From NCBI GenBank assembly GCA_964016885.1, contig CAXHJY010001114.1:1-31566 (forward strand): a DNA stretch of 31,566 nucleotides, written 5' to 3'. Positions 10,460 to 22,858 of the stretch are shown here, in pieces (the first letter of the stretch is position 1; every line of letters begins with the position of its first letter). The notes below the pieces were generated by a model, which worked only from the letters and a program-made list of their open reading frames with translations, did not search any database and was not told the origin of the DNA. Source of the stretch: Eledone cirrhosa (taxonomy: Eukaryota). The position numbers were made by a program, and so were the translations under genes.

Positions 10460-12920
10460 TTTAGGTATCCACCATGTTAGAGCAAAAACAAATTTTGTTT
10501 TTAATTGACAAATTAAGCATTGAGAAAAAAAAAGAAACATTTCATCAGGATAAAAAATAATGGATGAGATACCAGGGAGGATGGGATACATAAATGATTG
10601 TAGGTCATTGCTGGAATCTACAGAAGGACTGTTCAAGTAAATCACACACTAGGAAAACCTATAAATCTTAACTATAATAAAGAAAGGAGTGCAGGATTGC
10701 ATCCAGAATATTTTTTTTTTTTATCCAGTTTGTAAAATAAGTTGGATTACTTTGAATAAATAACGAATGAATATTACATAATTTATCTACTAAATTTCGT
10801 AACTCTTGATTAAATATATTTTATTGCTTATTTAAAGATTCACTTCTTTAAAATTTTCAAATGTCAACACTTCCAGTTAGCGATCACTTCAATAAACATT
10901 CATATATTTCAGTCACTAATTTTCTCCTAATGCAGTTTATATATAATATCGTCTTTTTTTAATGTATTACTGATTACATAAGACAGTGTAATGCAGACTT
11001 CGTTCAATTTCTGTGGATATTGTCAATTACGATTTTATTTGATGTATCATATCGACATGCATATATATTTGCGTATAATACCAATATGCACACTACACAT
11101 GCCAGCAGAAAACCACCCGAAAGGTGGTTTTGCCACTAGTGTGTTGAATGATCAATTTGTTTTATGCTTTTTTTTTTTAGTTACAATTACAAAAGATTCT
11201 AATACAGTAAATTTTAAGCTACTGTGCTGAAATAACCTTATTTAGTAATTTGTGTTGAAATAAATTTATTTAGTAATAAAATATATTGATAGCATTAATA
11301 TTGTTAAAGACAGCGATGGCCAAAAATACCTCAGAGGACAGAGACCAGCGGTCAATAGAGAGACAATCCACAAGGTAGGTGAGAGGCAGATAAAATATAG
11401 AAAAGATTGAAAGAGGAGGAGGACAAGGAGAAGTGTGCTGGTGCACAGAAGTGACTGGAAGAAGGAAATAAAGAAAGGCTATGTACAAGACAAATTTACA
11501 CAGACACACATCTTCACCCTCATCAGCTCTCAAACCAGCAAAATGGTTTTGCACAATTAGAGCTGATAAAGCAAAGCAGATACCATATTTCCAAAACATA
11601 ACCCAAAATAAGTCTAATTTATAAAGCACCAAGATGTGTGTTGACCAGTTTAATATATTCAGATGTTGCTGCAATCACTTGTTAGTAATTTCTACTATAT
11701 AGCTTCAGGAATTAATTATTACATGAGTTTTCTTTTTTATATAGACTTAACTATAATATTTTTTTAGTTTCTTGAGATGTCCATTCTTTCTGTCATTGAT
11801 TTTAAGAAGTTATAGTATTCTATAAATATAATTCATTCATTCATTTATTTATTGGTTGATGAAATTCAAGTGTACATTGACTTCAGACCTATTTAGAGAC
11901 TATGATCTCAAGAAATTGTACTGAAGTTAAAAATATACAAAAGGTAAGATCTCTTATTAAATGAGTAAAATAGTTTTATTGATCTTTCATTTCCATTTAC
12001 ATAATTAGAGGACAATTTCTAAGGAACTGAACTTAGAATAACCATTTTACTGCTTTTATGTTATTAGGCTATTGATTGATAGTCTTTTACGAAAAACATA
12101 CATCAAAATTATTGAGAAGTCATTTTGAGATCTTTCAAACATATTTTCACTTTATAGCTTCAAAATAATATATTTCATTAATTTATTTTTAATTTTCAAA
12201 AATTTGTTTTTTTTTGTTTTTTTTTCAATAAATTTTAAAATAACCTCAACATTTCAGGGTTCTCAAAGCAAAATCTACAATATCTAAAACTCAACTTTAT
12301 AGGATACAATTACATCTTCCTGAGTTTTAACTATTAATTTCACAAAGAATCTTGATAATAACTGATCATAATATCAAGTTTCAAGCAAGTTTACTTATTT
12401 TCTTCAAGTAGCATTGCTTTGAAAAATTACTGACTGCCATTAGTTGAAATTGGCAGTTAATCACACCTACAAATATGACAAGTGGTTAAAATTGGCTACA
12501 GCTATTAATACCAGTGCATTTATAAAACTTCCAAACTACTAAGGTAAGTGAAAACAAGAAGCTGGAATGATCATATTCAATTATGCATTATGACATCACG
12601 TTTTTTATTCTTTTTAATATATATCAAATGCAGAACACACATATTCCAATTATAATTAGTTCTAAAATGGCATTTTCTCATGAAGATAGAGCTAATACAG
12701 TCATGGATTAGAGTTTCAAGATTCCTAGACAAAAACACAAGATAAAAATTAAAAACACAAACATGGTTAGATAGTCTAAAAAATATTAGCTCGATTCTCA
12801 TGAACTTTTTTGCACAAACTTTTTGGTAATTATAGTTAGCCAGCTTAAAAAATTAATTAAAATAGATGGCCATAAACTAAAATTTGTGTGAGCAAGCAAA
12901 AAGCTAATTAAAGCCAAATT

Positions 12921-12937
12921 ATGTGTGTGTATGTATG

Positions 12938-13012
<75 letters not shown>
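12921..13012. repeat. (TG)/(TATG)/(TA)n microsatellite
   Basis: Direct reading. Confidence 0.95.
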
Positions 13013-13018
<6 letters not shown>

Positions 13019-13639
13019 CAGGAATATATATCAATAACAGGAAGTGAAAACAGATAGGAATTTCCATTCTAAAATATCTAGATATGACCACTTGAGATGA
13101 AGACAACATTGGTTAAGATAACAATGAAAACCATTAAGCTTCAAAATAGCTTTTCCATAGTATTTATAAAATAAGAATTAAAAAGTATAAAGAAAAAAGA
13201 AAGAAAATCATTAGTTTTCCCCAATTGCCCCCACCTGAAAAAATTCACTATAACAAAATTTTAAGTTAAAGTAGGATAAAAACCATTGCCAATTGGGAGG
13301 CATTCATAGCAAAGCTTATAAGATGATCACCAAGACAATAAAGGATGTTCTCTATATTACATCCCATAACCTGCAAGCTCTTTCCAAAAATCATCCGACT
13401 CATTACTTAGTTCACAAAGCATGCTTATTTAAGTTGTTCTACAAATAAAGCTACCACATCTGGTTCCTTACTTTGTTTTCAATTTCACTCTGCACACATG
13501 CACAATAAAACTCTTTCTCCAACCCCACTCATGTTACTACTATGATCCTTTTAACCCTACAAGGCAACCTGTTCTGTTATTAGCATCAAGCCCCAGCAGC
13601 CCCTATCTTCAACATTTCTCTAAGTATTCATCATTTCTC

Positions 13640-14330
13640 TTATCCAATCGACTATTGACCTATTGCAGCCCTATATATAGCACTTCAAAAGCGATTGTTA
13701 ATGGTTATAAGAAACCATCTCTTCTGTAACCTTGGACATCTTTTTCTCCTCAGTGACTAACTTCTATTCAACTAGAACTGGAGATGTGCTCTATGTCAGC
13801 CACCTGTGGACTTTTACATTTAAAATCTTTGGTAAAAGCAACTCTGCTCTTAACATCAACAAAACCTTAAATTATATCAGGTATGGGGACTTCCTGGTGT
13901 AGCTGCTTACTATAGTTGCTGTCTGTCTCATGAGATCAAAAGTTTCCTGACAAACTACCACATAGCAATCCAAGTAAACAGGACACTCTCTGACCCACTG
14001 ATCTTCAGGGTTTAGTTACGATTCCCACTCTACACTCCTATTTTTAACATCCTACGCTCAATTTAGACACTGCACATCAGTCATGTACTATTTTTGTAAG
14101 TAGAGGCCTTGAAAACATCCGCCAATGAGGATATATCAACTTAGTCCTATTCCACATATCAAGGAAAGATACCGACATCACTATACCTTTCTTACTCATT
14201 AACAACACACAACTAAACCTTCACAAATTTACATATACTTGGCCTTGCAGCCCTTAATGACTTTTCAAAACAAACATCTGTAACATAACCCAAAAAAGGC
14301 TAAATTCTTTTACAAGCTGAACTATGACTT
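13640..14330 (+). mobile_element. Highly decayed CR1/Jockey-group LINE reverse transcriptase relic
   Basis: Ordered degenerate motifs: PIDY*PIAAL (~13642; cf. P.NYRPISLL), LLSD* (~13746), RTGDVLYVSHLW..FGKSNSALNINKTLNYIRYGDFL (~13774-13895; cf. RSTGDLL..W..FGE..VALDISKAFDRVWH). Many stops and indels; boundaries approximate. Confidence 0.5.
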
Positions 14331-14649
14331 GGAGTATTGTTTATATATATATATATATGGGTTGAGCAGCTTCTACAAATAAAAATATATGCTGTATCCT
14401 CCTCTATCTCTTACTACAATGATTCTTGCTCCTTTCAACTATTAGTAAATGTAAACACTTCTTGTTTTGTTATCCTAACTGTATATCACCACACCAAGTA
14501 CAACTATGTAATGTAAATGGATGATGTTTACTATGTTAAAAGGTGTCTAGTGGAAGGCATATATGATAAAGAAATTATTTATTTGTGTTTAAATGTTTCC
14601 ACTTTCTTACTAGTCTTGCTTATGGAAATAAATCTAATCCATATGCTAC

Positions 14650-15420
14650 CACCATAAATGAAACTTAAGGGTCAGTCTGACTTGAGGTCTCAGCCGACAT
14701 GATTGAGAAGACATTGCTCCAGAGGGAAGTGAAGGAGATGCGCTGGAACACCCACTCCACCTCACAAGGTTCACATCTGCGGGCAGCCAAATCTGCTTCA
14801 ACAGCAGTGAATAGAGATGTGGTCTGGGGGCCAAGAATGCCAGACGTTTCACCCGCCACAAACTTAAAGAGCGGCTGATACTCTGACAGTTTGTCCTCTT
14901 CAGCTTAGCAAGCAGAAAAGCCGAACACACCAGGTTGCTGCTAGAGAAGGTGTCACAACATGAAGCATCCCAGATGAGAGGCCTACCCTCACGGAAGAGT
15001 GTCATGTCACCCGGCAATTTGCCATCCCTTTAGTCCCGCCCCCACTGGCTTGCATTGGGAAGGGAAGACTGCAGAGTCCAGGACATGCTTTATGATCTCA
15101 TTGAGAGCAACATAGCATGGGAGGCAGACAGCACTATAATGGCATGACATTGGGTGGAGACTAAAAAAAGTCTACAGTTGAACTGCAGTGGCATTTGTGG
15201 AGCTCACAAATCTGGAGGCCAAGCCTCAGGGAAATACCAATGCGCAATCAGTCGCTGTCCAGCTGAGTGCCAGTTGAAAATTTTGGTACTGCACTGAGCT
15301 AGGTGCTACTGTGGGGTTGGGGGGTTGAGCGTAAACATGCCAGGTGGTGCTGGTTGAGCTGGCACACCGGCCTGTCTGAGATCATGTTGCATTAGATGGC
15401 GCCCCATTTGGTGAGGTCAG
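14650..15420 (-). mobile_element. Degenerate CRE-like non-LTR retrotransposon 3' region: CCHC zinc knuckle and PD-(D/E)xK restriction-like endonuclease
   Basis: Manual translation across stops and frameshifts: PHSST*LSAVP..GTQLDSD*LRIGISLRLGLQICELHKCHCSSTVD..LHPMSC..ALNEIIKHVL..DGKLPGDMTLF..GRPLIWDASCCDTF..GETSGILGP..WVFQRIS. This is collinear with the CRE-type pattern GAWL.A.P..LRLG..C.C..H..SC..RH..LN..DGKRPDG.T..WD.TC.DT..ET.G..FQR.S. Confidence 0.82.
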
Positions 15421-16225
15421 ATCTGAAAACAATCATTTTGGAAGACACCTACAATAAAGTTAATCTAAGGAAGATTTGGAAAGAACTATCAAAATCAAAC
15501 TTGGTCAATTTTCAAGCCTATCATTTTATGCTTCAAAGAAACTATTCTTTCTGGAAAAAAACAAAAAACAAAAAAAAACAAACCCTATTCAAATAGAAGG
15601 AAAAATTAGTAGAGCCACAAAATTTCATTTTGACAATAAACAAACATTTCAAAATAACAGACATAAATAAGAATTATTGGTGATGCTTTTTTTTTTTTAC
15701 ACACTAAGTAAAATGACAAAGTGTATATTTTTTAAATTCAATTGTTTGATGTTGATAAGTATTTCTTTGTTAGTGTTACCACCAAATATCACAAAGTACT
15801 TAGTAAATTTTGTAACCACTATTCCTTTTCCTATCAAAAGCAGACTGCTTTAAGTTTTGGTACCAAAAGGAGTTATGTATAAGTACTGTTCAGATTAAGA
15901 AAATATTGTCTACAATATTAACACCAATGATGTCAACAATGGCAGCTAAGATATTACAAAATAGTCTTGAAAGTATGTCTCAATTGAAATATGTAGATGG
16001 AACTTAACACTGCTAAATTGTATTGTTTTCATGAATAGTGTAAAGTACTTTTTCTATTTTGGCATTAAAAATAAAAGAAATAAAAAAAAACGAATAAGAG
16101 TTACATATCAAACCGAGACAAGTATTAATGGTGACATTTAAACATTTCTGCAGAAATGCTAGTTTTAACTTGAAGCCAATGCAAAAATAAAGAATACAGA
16201 TATTGCTATGAAGAGACCAGTCGGT

Positions 16226-17500
16226 TCATCATGATCATCATCATTTTACGTCCGCTTTTCCCTGCTTGCAAGGGTGGGACGGGTCTTATTCAGCACAGCA
16301 TCTCTCCACTCGTCACGGTCCTTCGTCATCTCCACCGTGAGCTTCAACGATCTGAGGTCTGTTCTCACCACCTCCGCCCATGTTTTTCGTGGTCTACTTC
16401 TACGTCTTCCTTCAACTGGCATTTCCTGGCACTTCTTCACCCATCGGTCATCCTCCATGCGCATCACATGTCCATACCACCTCAGTCTCCTCTCCCGTAC
16501 ACTACATTCTATCCCTCTCAGACACAGTTTCTCTCTCAACACATTCATGCTGGGTCGTTCACGCACATTTACACTGCACAGCCAATGGAGCATGCTTGCC
16601 TCATTTCTCTCCAGCCGTCGCATATCCTCTGCAGTTGCTGCTCATGTCTCACTACCATGCAGCATCGTGCTCCTCACACAGGCATCATACAACCGGCCTT
16701 TCGTACGCAGGGAGAAACCCTTCTTCGTCAGCTGAGGAAGCAGATCCCTAAACTTCTTCCAACCCGTCCTTATTCTAGATACTATGGCCTCGGAACATGC
16801 TAATCTGATCTAGGTACTGGAAGCTATCCACCACTTCTATAGCACCCGCCTGCATTTGAAAAATGTGTCTATCAATGCGACTTCTACTGTCTAATTTCCC
16901 TGTACATCTACTGCATACATATTTCTCCCTACCTGTAAGTTTGCCTGCTATCCCGCTACATCTCTTGTGTACCCAGGATCTGCATTGTGTGCATTTTATA
17001 GAATTTATGCCAGTTCCTTTACATATCAAACATGGCCATTTCCCTGACGGAATCAGAGTTTTGTCCTCTTTTCTACTCATCAACACTTTTGTCTTAGCTA
17101 GGTTCACTCTCAGTCCTCTTGCTTCCAACTGCTGTTTCCATAGCCAGAATTTGTTCTCAAGCTCCTCTACTAATTCTGCTATAAGAACCAGATCATCAGC
17201 ATAGAGAAGTTCCCATGGACAGCCAATCTTAAACTCCTCTGTTATGGCTTGGAGGACTATAATGAACAAGAGCGGGCTGAGGACTGAACCTTGATGTACT
17301 CCTACTTGTATCTGGAATTCCTCACTAAACTCCATTCCTACCCTGACTTTACTGAGAGTACCTCTGTACAAAGTTTGCACTGTCCTCACAAGCCATTCCT
17401 CAACACCTAGCTTCCTTAGGGACCACCAGATGACAGATCGGGGTACCCTATCAAAGGCCTTCTCTAGGTCAACAAAGGCTAAGTATAGTGGGTTATGCTT
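16226..17500 (-). mobile_element. 5'-truncated RTE-clade LINE (copy 3, subfamily B), frameshifted, with PHD insertion and (GAT)n tail
   Basis: Translates PLYLAFVDLEKAFDRVPR..GVHQGSVLSPLLF..YADDL..PHD (16904-17032)..RRLRWYGHVMRM. (CAT)n at 16226-16244 on the plus strand. Highly similar to 7915-8920 in the opposite orientation. Confidence 0.94.
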
Positions 17501-18226
17501 GATTAATTATTGCCCAGTTTATTGACCATTTGACTAGATCAAAATTCACACGGCTGTATAATTGAAATTATTTCCTTGTATTATGAACAAGATACATTAA
17601 AAAAAATCAAATTTAGACCTTAATCAAAAACATTATATTACATGTGTAAGGATTAACGAATAAGAGACATTCTAGAGATTCAGAGAACTTTTATTTAAGA
17701 ACTAGCACATAAACTGTTATTTTATGAATGAAATAACTAATATTCAGTTTTTTCATGAAACTTAAACTATGTTTGTGGAATATATGCAACAATGTGTGTG
17801 CATATTTACACTTAATGCACAATTCAACAGTTCTGTTTATGTCCCATAACTGTCATCGACCTTACACACAGATATATACGAGAGAGAGAGAGACAACACT
17901 ACTGATAGAACACTAACTTTTGGCATGAATGAAAGCATTTCAAAATAATTTTGTCAGATCATAGAATTCATATGACAGATGGACTAAAAATGTATAATCA
18001 TTATAAAAAAAAATATTAACAAATCAACCTATTTAATGACATTTTCTAAAAAAAAAAAATTCATAAGTTATTTTGTTAAGATTAAAAATAGTTATTTGTC
18101 ACATGAAAAGAATATAAGGTTTGGCACTTAAGAAATTTCTGCAATTGATTTTTTTCTATTACAAAAATATTGGACAGGGTTGCAAGGGAGATAATTTTTT
18201 TTTTTTTCTCATTTAAATCTCTATAG

Positions 18227-18459
18227 TAGCAGTTCCCAACCTTTTCACTACCAAAGACCTGTTTTATTTAAACGAATTTTATCATGGACTCCACCCATTA
18301 AAATTACTCTCCTCTTAAATTGTTTGTTATACAGTAAGAGTAACAATCGAAAGAGAAAAATGTTTATACTCAGAGCAGAATGACTACCCAATACTATCTT
18401 TTTAATAAAGTAATTGACATTTTGAACTTAGCTCATGGACCCCAGGTTTGGAATCACTG
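18227..18459. mobile_element. hAT/Charlie-like non-autonomous DNA transposon (MITE) relic
   Basis: Left end tagcagttcccaacct and reverse complement of the right end cagtgattccaaacct resemble the CAGTGGTTCCCAA(A/C)CT termini of Charlie/MER5-type hATs; subterminal 'catggac(t/c)cca' occurs twice. No clean 8-bp TSD is left. Confidence 0.6.
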
Positions 18460-19394
18460 GCATTTGTGTTCATAAATGTACAATTATATTAATGAAATGT
18501 AAGTCACAGTACAGTTTTTAGTTACTTATAGAAATATAATACTGGGGATGAGAAATAATTTCTCTTTCAATGATTAAGAAACATTTCCATAAGCAACACA
18601 CTCCTCAATTTTATAACTTTTGCTTAATTATTTAATGAAAATTATTGAAATGAAAATTACACAGCAGAAATAAAGTAGAATTCTCTTGCATTTTCATGCA
18701 TTAACCATTAGCAGTAAAGTAACCTACTCTGAGTTGTTACTTTGTTGTGGTGAGTAGGTGTTAATATTCTGATAAATCTTCATATTATAATAGGTGTAGT
18801 GAAAATATTAAATGTGGTCAGTCAGGCCTCAGATGAGAAACCAGCTGAAGTTAAGCTTGGAGCCCACAGCCAATTTTTAAAATAATGCTTCAAAACCTGT
18901 AACTTATGGCCTTATAAACCAACAAAGGTGAAGAGGAGGTCAAGTAAATAATCTATGAATATAAAGCTACACAAGATTGCATAACAATAAATGCCTATTG
19001 GTTGACAATCAATGAGTATTTTTGCAAAATAATTGTGTTGTGTAATCGTCTGAGGTTTACAAATTTAATTACCCAAACTATTTTTTTTTTTTGTTTCAAA
19101 AGTTAGTTTGTATTTTCTACATATTCTTTTGATATACTAAATTTTTCAGTCAAATTTAACAATCATATACCGTCTTCTTAGATATATCAATGGTGTAGCA
19201 AAAATCAATCTCCTTAATACAAAAGATTTTTCTCCAGCTAATGCCATTAACATTTAAATGCTTTAAACTCCTTTCATATATTACTTACAATGATGGCCAG
19301 GTACAATATCATATATTTACCTACTGACATATTACAGTTCAGAATCATTAGAATATTTACTATATATTTTGAAATATATTGAAATTAAATTTTA

Positions 19395-19488
19395 CATATA
19401 TATGTGTGTGTGTGTGTGTATATATATATGTGTGTGTGTGTGTATATATATATGTGTGTGTGTATGTATGTATGTATGTATATAATTG
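19395..19488. repeat. Compound (TA)/(TG)/(TATG) microsatellite between 15-bp direct repeats
   Basis: tgaaattaaatttta at 19380-19394 and 19489-19503. Confidence 0.85.
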
Positions 19489-19653
19489 TGAAATTAAATT
19501 TTATGTAATTCAAAATTTTCTTTCTTGTTATGTCCAAAGAGTGGTCATGAAATTATTAGTGATTTCACCATGAGAATGTTTCTGTCTTGGTTTCATTGTG
19601 TAGTTAATTCAGAGATAGATATATATATATATATAGAGAGTGGGTGGGTGGAT

Positions 19654-20061
19654 CACTTCCAGTACTTCAGTGATATTTTATTAATCCTGAAGAGATGAAA
19701 GACAAAGTTGGCCATGGCAGGATTTGAACTGTAAAGTGGTTGTGTAGGTGTCACGACAAAAAGCACCCAGCCCACACTGTAAAGTGGTTGTGTAGGCGTC
19801 ACGACAAAAAGCACCCAGTACTCACTGTAAATGAGGTTGGTGTTAGGAAAGGCATCCAGCTGTAGAAACCAAACTAAAATCAGTTCTGTATTAGTAAGAC
19901 ATGGTCACCTGACCTAGCATTGCCCAAAACAGGGCAACTCGTATAACCCATGCTAGTGCGGAAAATGGATGTAAAACAGTGATGATGAGAGTAGGGAGCT
20001 AGAAGAAATACCTCAAAGTATTCTATCTGCCATGCTAACAACCTTACCAATTCGCTGCCTT
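19654..20061 (-). mobile_element. tRNA-derived SINE split in two (19654-19730 and 19989-20061) by an RTE 3'-end insertion
   Basis: The minus strand reads aggcagcgaattggtaaggttgttagc (A-box-like head) ... [insert] ... agttcaaatcctgcc (B box GTTCAAATCC at 19720-19729), followed by the SINE body. Confidence 0.7.
19729..19988 (+). mobile_element. RTE 3'-UTR-only insertion (severely truncated LINE or RTE-tailed SINE) with a 48-bp tandem duplication
   Basis: Homologous to 2456-2703 (gtgtaggtgtcacgacaaaaa; cactgtaaatg.ggttggtgttaggaa.ggcatcca.ctgtagaaa; aacccatgc.ag..ggaa..gga.gt.aa..gatgatga). 48-bp units start at 19729, 19777 and 19825. Confidence 0.88.
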
Positions 20062-22393
20062 TGTTAATTCAAATAAATGATAGCTTAAGAAAAAATTATA
20101 TTTCCAGACATCTCTACTTTTTGTCATCTCATCCTGTTTCTGAGAACTGGTTTTAACTGCATTAGTTTCATATAAGCTCAGTTGACTCTTCCCTTGATTT
20201 ACTAACACTAATTTCAGCTTCACATTGCAATTCCAGCAGATCCCACCCAACTTACTGTGACAGTTCTATCTTCAATGCCAATCTTCTTTCAAGTAATTTT
20301 CTCACCATTGAAGCAACAAGCCTGTCCATAACCAATTCTTTCATCGACCGAAATACATAACTAATCAAACTTCTCACACGATATGTAATTACGTAATGAA
20401 AAGTAGGTATGTTTATATTTGTTCAAGTCCATATCCAAGTTAACAATTTTACAAATAAAGAATATGCAAAATTAACCAAATAAAACACGAAATTGTTAAT
20501 TTTTTTTAAATCTAGGAAATGCAATATTGTAAAAGGAAAATTTTAAACGTTTTGTTGAAGATGGCTTTTTTTATAACTAGGAATTGCAATAATGAAAAAG
20601 GTATAGAGGTTTCTCTCCCCAAACACACAAACATAACAGTATAATCTTAAAAGCTTTGCTTTAACATTTTCATATATTATTCAGGTTAATGGAAATAAAA
20701 TCCATCAGAAAATGCTTATTAATCACCTTTCATAATCAAAAACACAAGTCTTATATATTTTTAAAGTGATTCAAGCTTATCACTTGGCAAATAAGGACTT
20801 CTTAAAGAATATTTAACTAAGAGAAATATTTAGCCAAGGAGGGACTCAAAAAGGTCAACTTGTCCTTTTAATACCACCTCAGTAACGAGCAACACAATAG
20901 AATTTAAAATAAAAGTAAAAAAAAGAAAGAAAGAATCTGGGATTGTTTATCAAGGCGTTAGTATCTTTATTATTAACCCTTGTTAAATGAGAAAAGAATT
21001 CGAGACAATCTACAAGCACCACATAATAAACACTATAATTTTAATAAAAATCATGTGATGCGGATAATGAAAGCGATGTAGTAACTACTGATAATGTAGA
21101 TGAACGTTTCATTTCAGTCTAATGAAATTAACTAATATTGATGAATTTTGACAATGCAAAATAATAATATATTATCTGTAATCTTATAGGAACATCAATT
21201 TGAAAATTATTATGCCTTTATTGAGTATCAAGATTACATATATATTTCGGCGTGAATGCATTTTGTGATTTTGTGAAATCAGATAAATGACAACATACGA
21301 GATTGCAGAACCAAGGAAGGTGAATGACAATTCGATAGAATCAAATTTATCTGTCCTCAATATAGAATTTGCAAAAATATATTTAACTGGATTACTATTT
21401 CGCTGAAGGGAGAAATCGATTAGTTCAGCAACTGGGTCAATAAACATCCCACCAACAGTTAACCTATCCAAAACCGACCCAGAGATGAGGGAAACGTCCA
21501 AGCTAAAACACTTAAACTAAACTAGGGTGACAAAAGGTTTTCCAGAATAAAATGAATGAAAGTGAACAATGTAGCAACAGTTAAGTTGGGATAAGTTCAT
21601 TAAACAATATCTTATATCAATGAATTATTTCTATTTCTACTGCAAATAATAATGAAGATAATGAATGTAAGCAACAAAGCAGAAATCCAGATAATTATTT
21701 GCAATTGATTGATTAAAGAGATGCTTCGACAGATTACATTTGTCACAAATAATATCGGAAGTAAAGGAATGTTATTCAATAAACCATATTTATTGCAGTA
21801 AAATTATTTGCGATTTGAACGCAAAATCTATGGAACCATTTGGGGGCGGGGTTTATGAGAAAAACACTTTCAATCACTTAATTTAAGAGAAAGATGAAAA
21901 ACTAGCAAAATCATAAATAAAAGGTCAAATCAATAAACGAAGCTATAAGACAATTTAATAAAAGTAGAAATATACAGTTAGATGCTCTAATTTCTCGTGA
22001 AAAAAAGAGAGATGATCATTTTTAATTCGCCAGAGAAAATGGGAGTGATACTAATAAACATTATTTAGCATAAAAGAAAATCTCCAATTGAAAAATAGAT
22101 CATACCCATGTAAAAAGAAAAACAACAACTCTTAAACTCCTTTTATTTAGTAACCTTTTTAGATCATGCAAAATTAATATTGACACAACATTTTGTTAAA
22201 AAGCAAAACATAATTTGGCATTTGAAAGAACTGCTTTCTGAATTTGACAGGTGTAAGAAAAATTTCGCTCAACAAAATACCAGCAAATATCATTAAAACT
22301 ATATATATTTAGACTGTTTATTGCTTTTAACAAAACAATAGTAATTGTAGAATGACAAAAATAAATAAATAAATAAAACGTTTAATCACTTAC

Positions 22394-22421
22394 TTTCGTG
22401 AACTGCTGACTTGAGCGCCAT
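22394..22421 (-). CDS. Putative first coding exon of a minus-strand host gene (MALKSAVHE, phase-1 intron)
   Basis: caaaATGGCG start context followed 28 nt later by a perfect gtaagt donor (22388-22393 on the minus strand), at the edge of a CpG-richer region. No downstream exons identified. Confidence 0.55.
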
Positions 22422-22750
22422 TTTGAAGGTTTTTTTCTGAAATCCTCGATGGCAGTAAAGTCGGGAATGCTGGGAAAATCAATCAAATCACAGTCAATAT
22501 ACTGATTACACTTATTATTTATCTTCACAAATGATAACAATCAAGTGCATATAATTTCTATTGCATAAAATTGCTTTCAAAATTAAAGAATCATTTTTCA
22601 ATAATAGACAAAATTTATTAATTTTCTTTTATGCCCGGAACTGTTTACTGGTTGATATCATTAAGTATTTCGTAAACCCCCCATTTGCCGGAAACCATCG
22701 ATTTTAGCCGAACTTCATCTCCGTTGTTTTTCAGACTGCGGCGTTTGTCA
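22422..22750. promoter_or_regulatory. Putative bidirectional (head-to-head) promoter
   Basis: Lies between two divergent ATG+donor micro-exons about 550 bp apart; locally raised CpG; ETS-type CCGGAA cores at ~22635 and ~22688; YY1-type AAAATGGCG overlapping the minus-strand ATG. Confidence 0.5.
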
Positions 22751-22858
22751 CTATGCGATTACTTGCTGCTGCTACTATTAGTTGTCTTCCTCCTCTTGCT
22801 ACTACTGCGAGGAGGAAACAGATGCAGTAGTTGCTGGCTTTACAGTTGTTGTTAGTAA

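Noticed and set aside
11490-11535. CTGATGA on the minus strand as a Penelope-type hammerhead ribozyme core
   Set aside because: No correctly placed GAAA or stem II could be found, and it is far from the Penelope relic.
19729-19830. 48-bp repeats as CRISPR-like repeat-spacer units
   Set aside because: Whole units are duplicated with no unique spacers, and they are homologous to the RTE 3' UTR.
20251-20345. Possible minus-strand exon (MKELVMDRLVASMVRKLLERRLALKIELS, then gtaagt)
   Set aside because: Good donor but no AG acceptor giving an open frame compatible with the phase-1 exon at 22394; peptide unrecognised.
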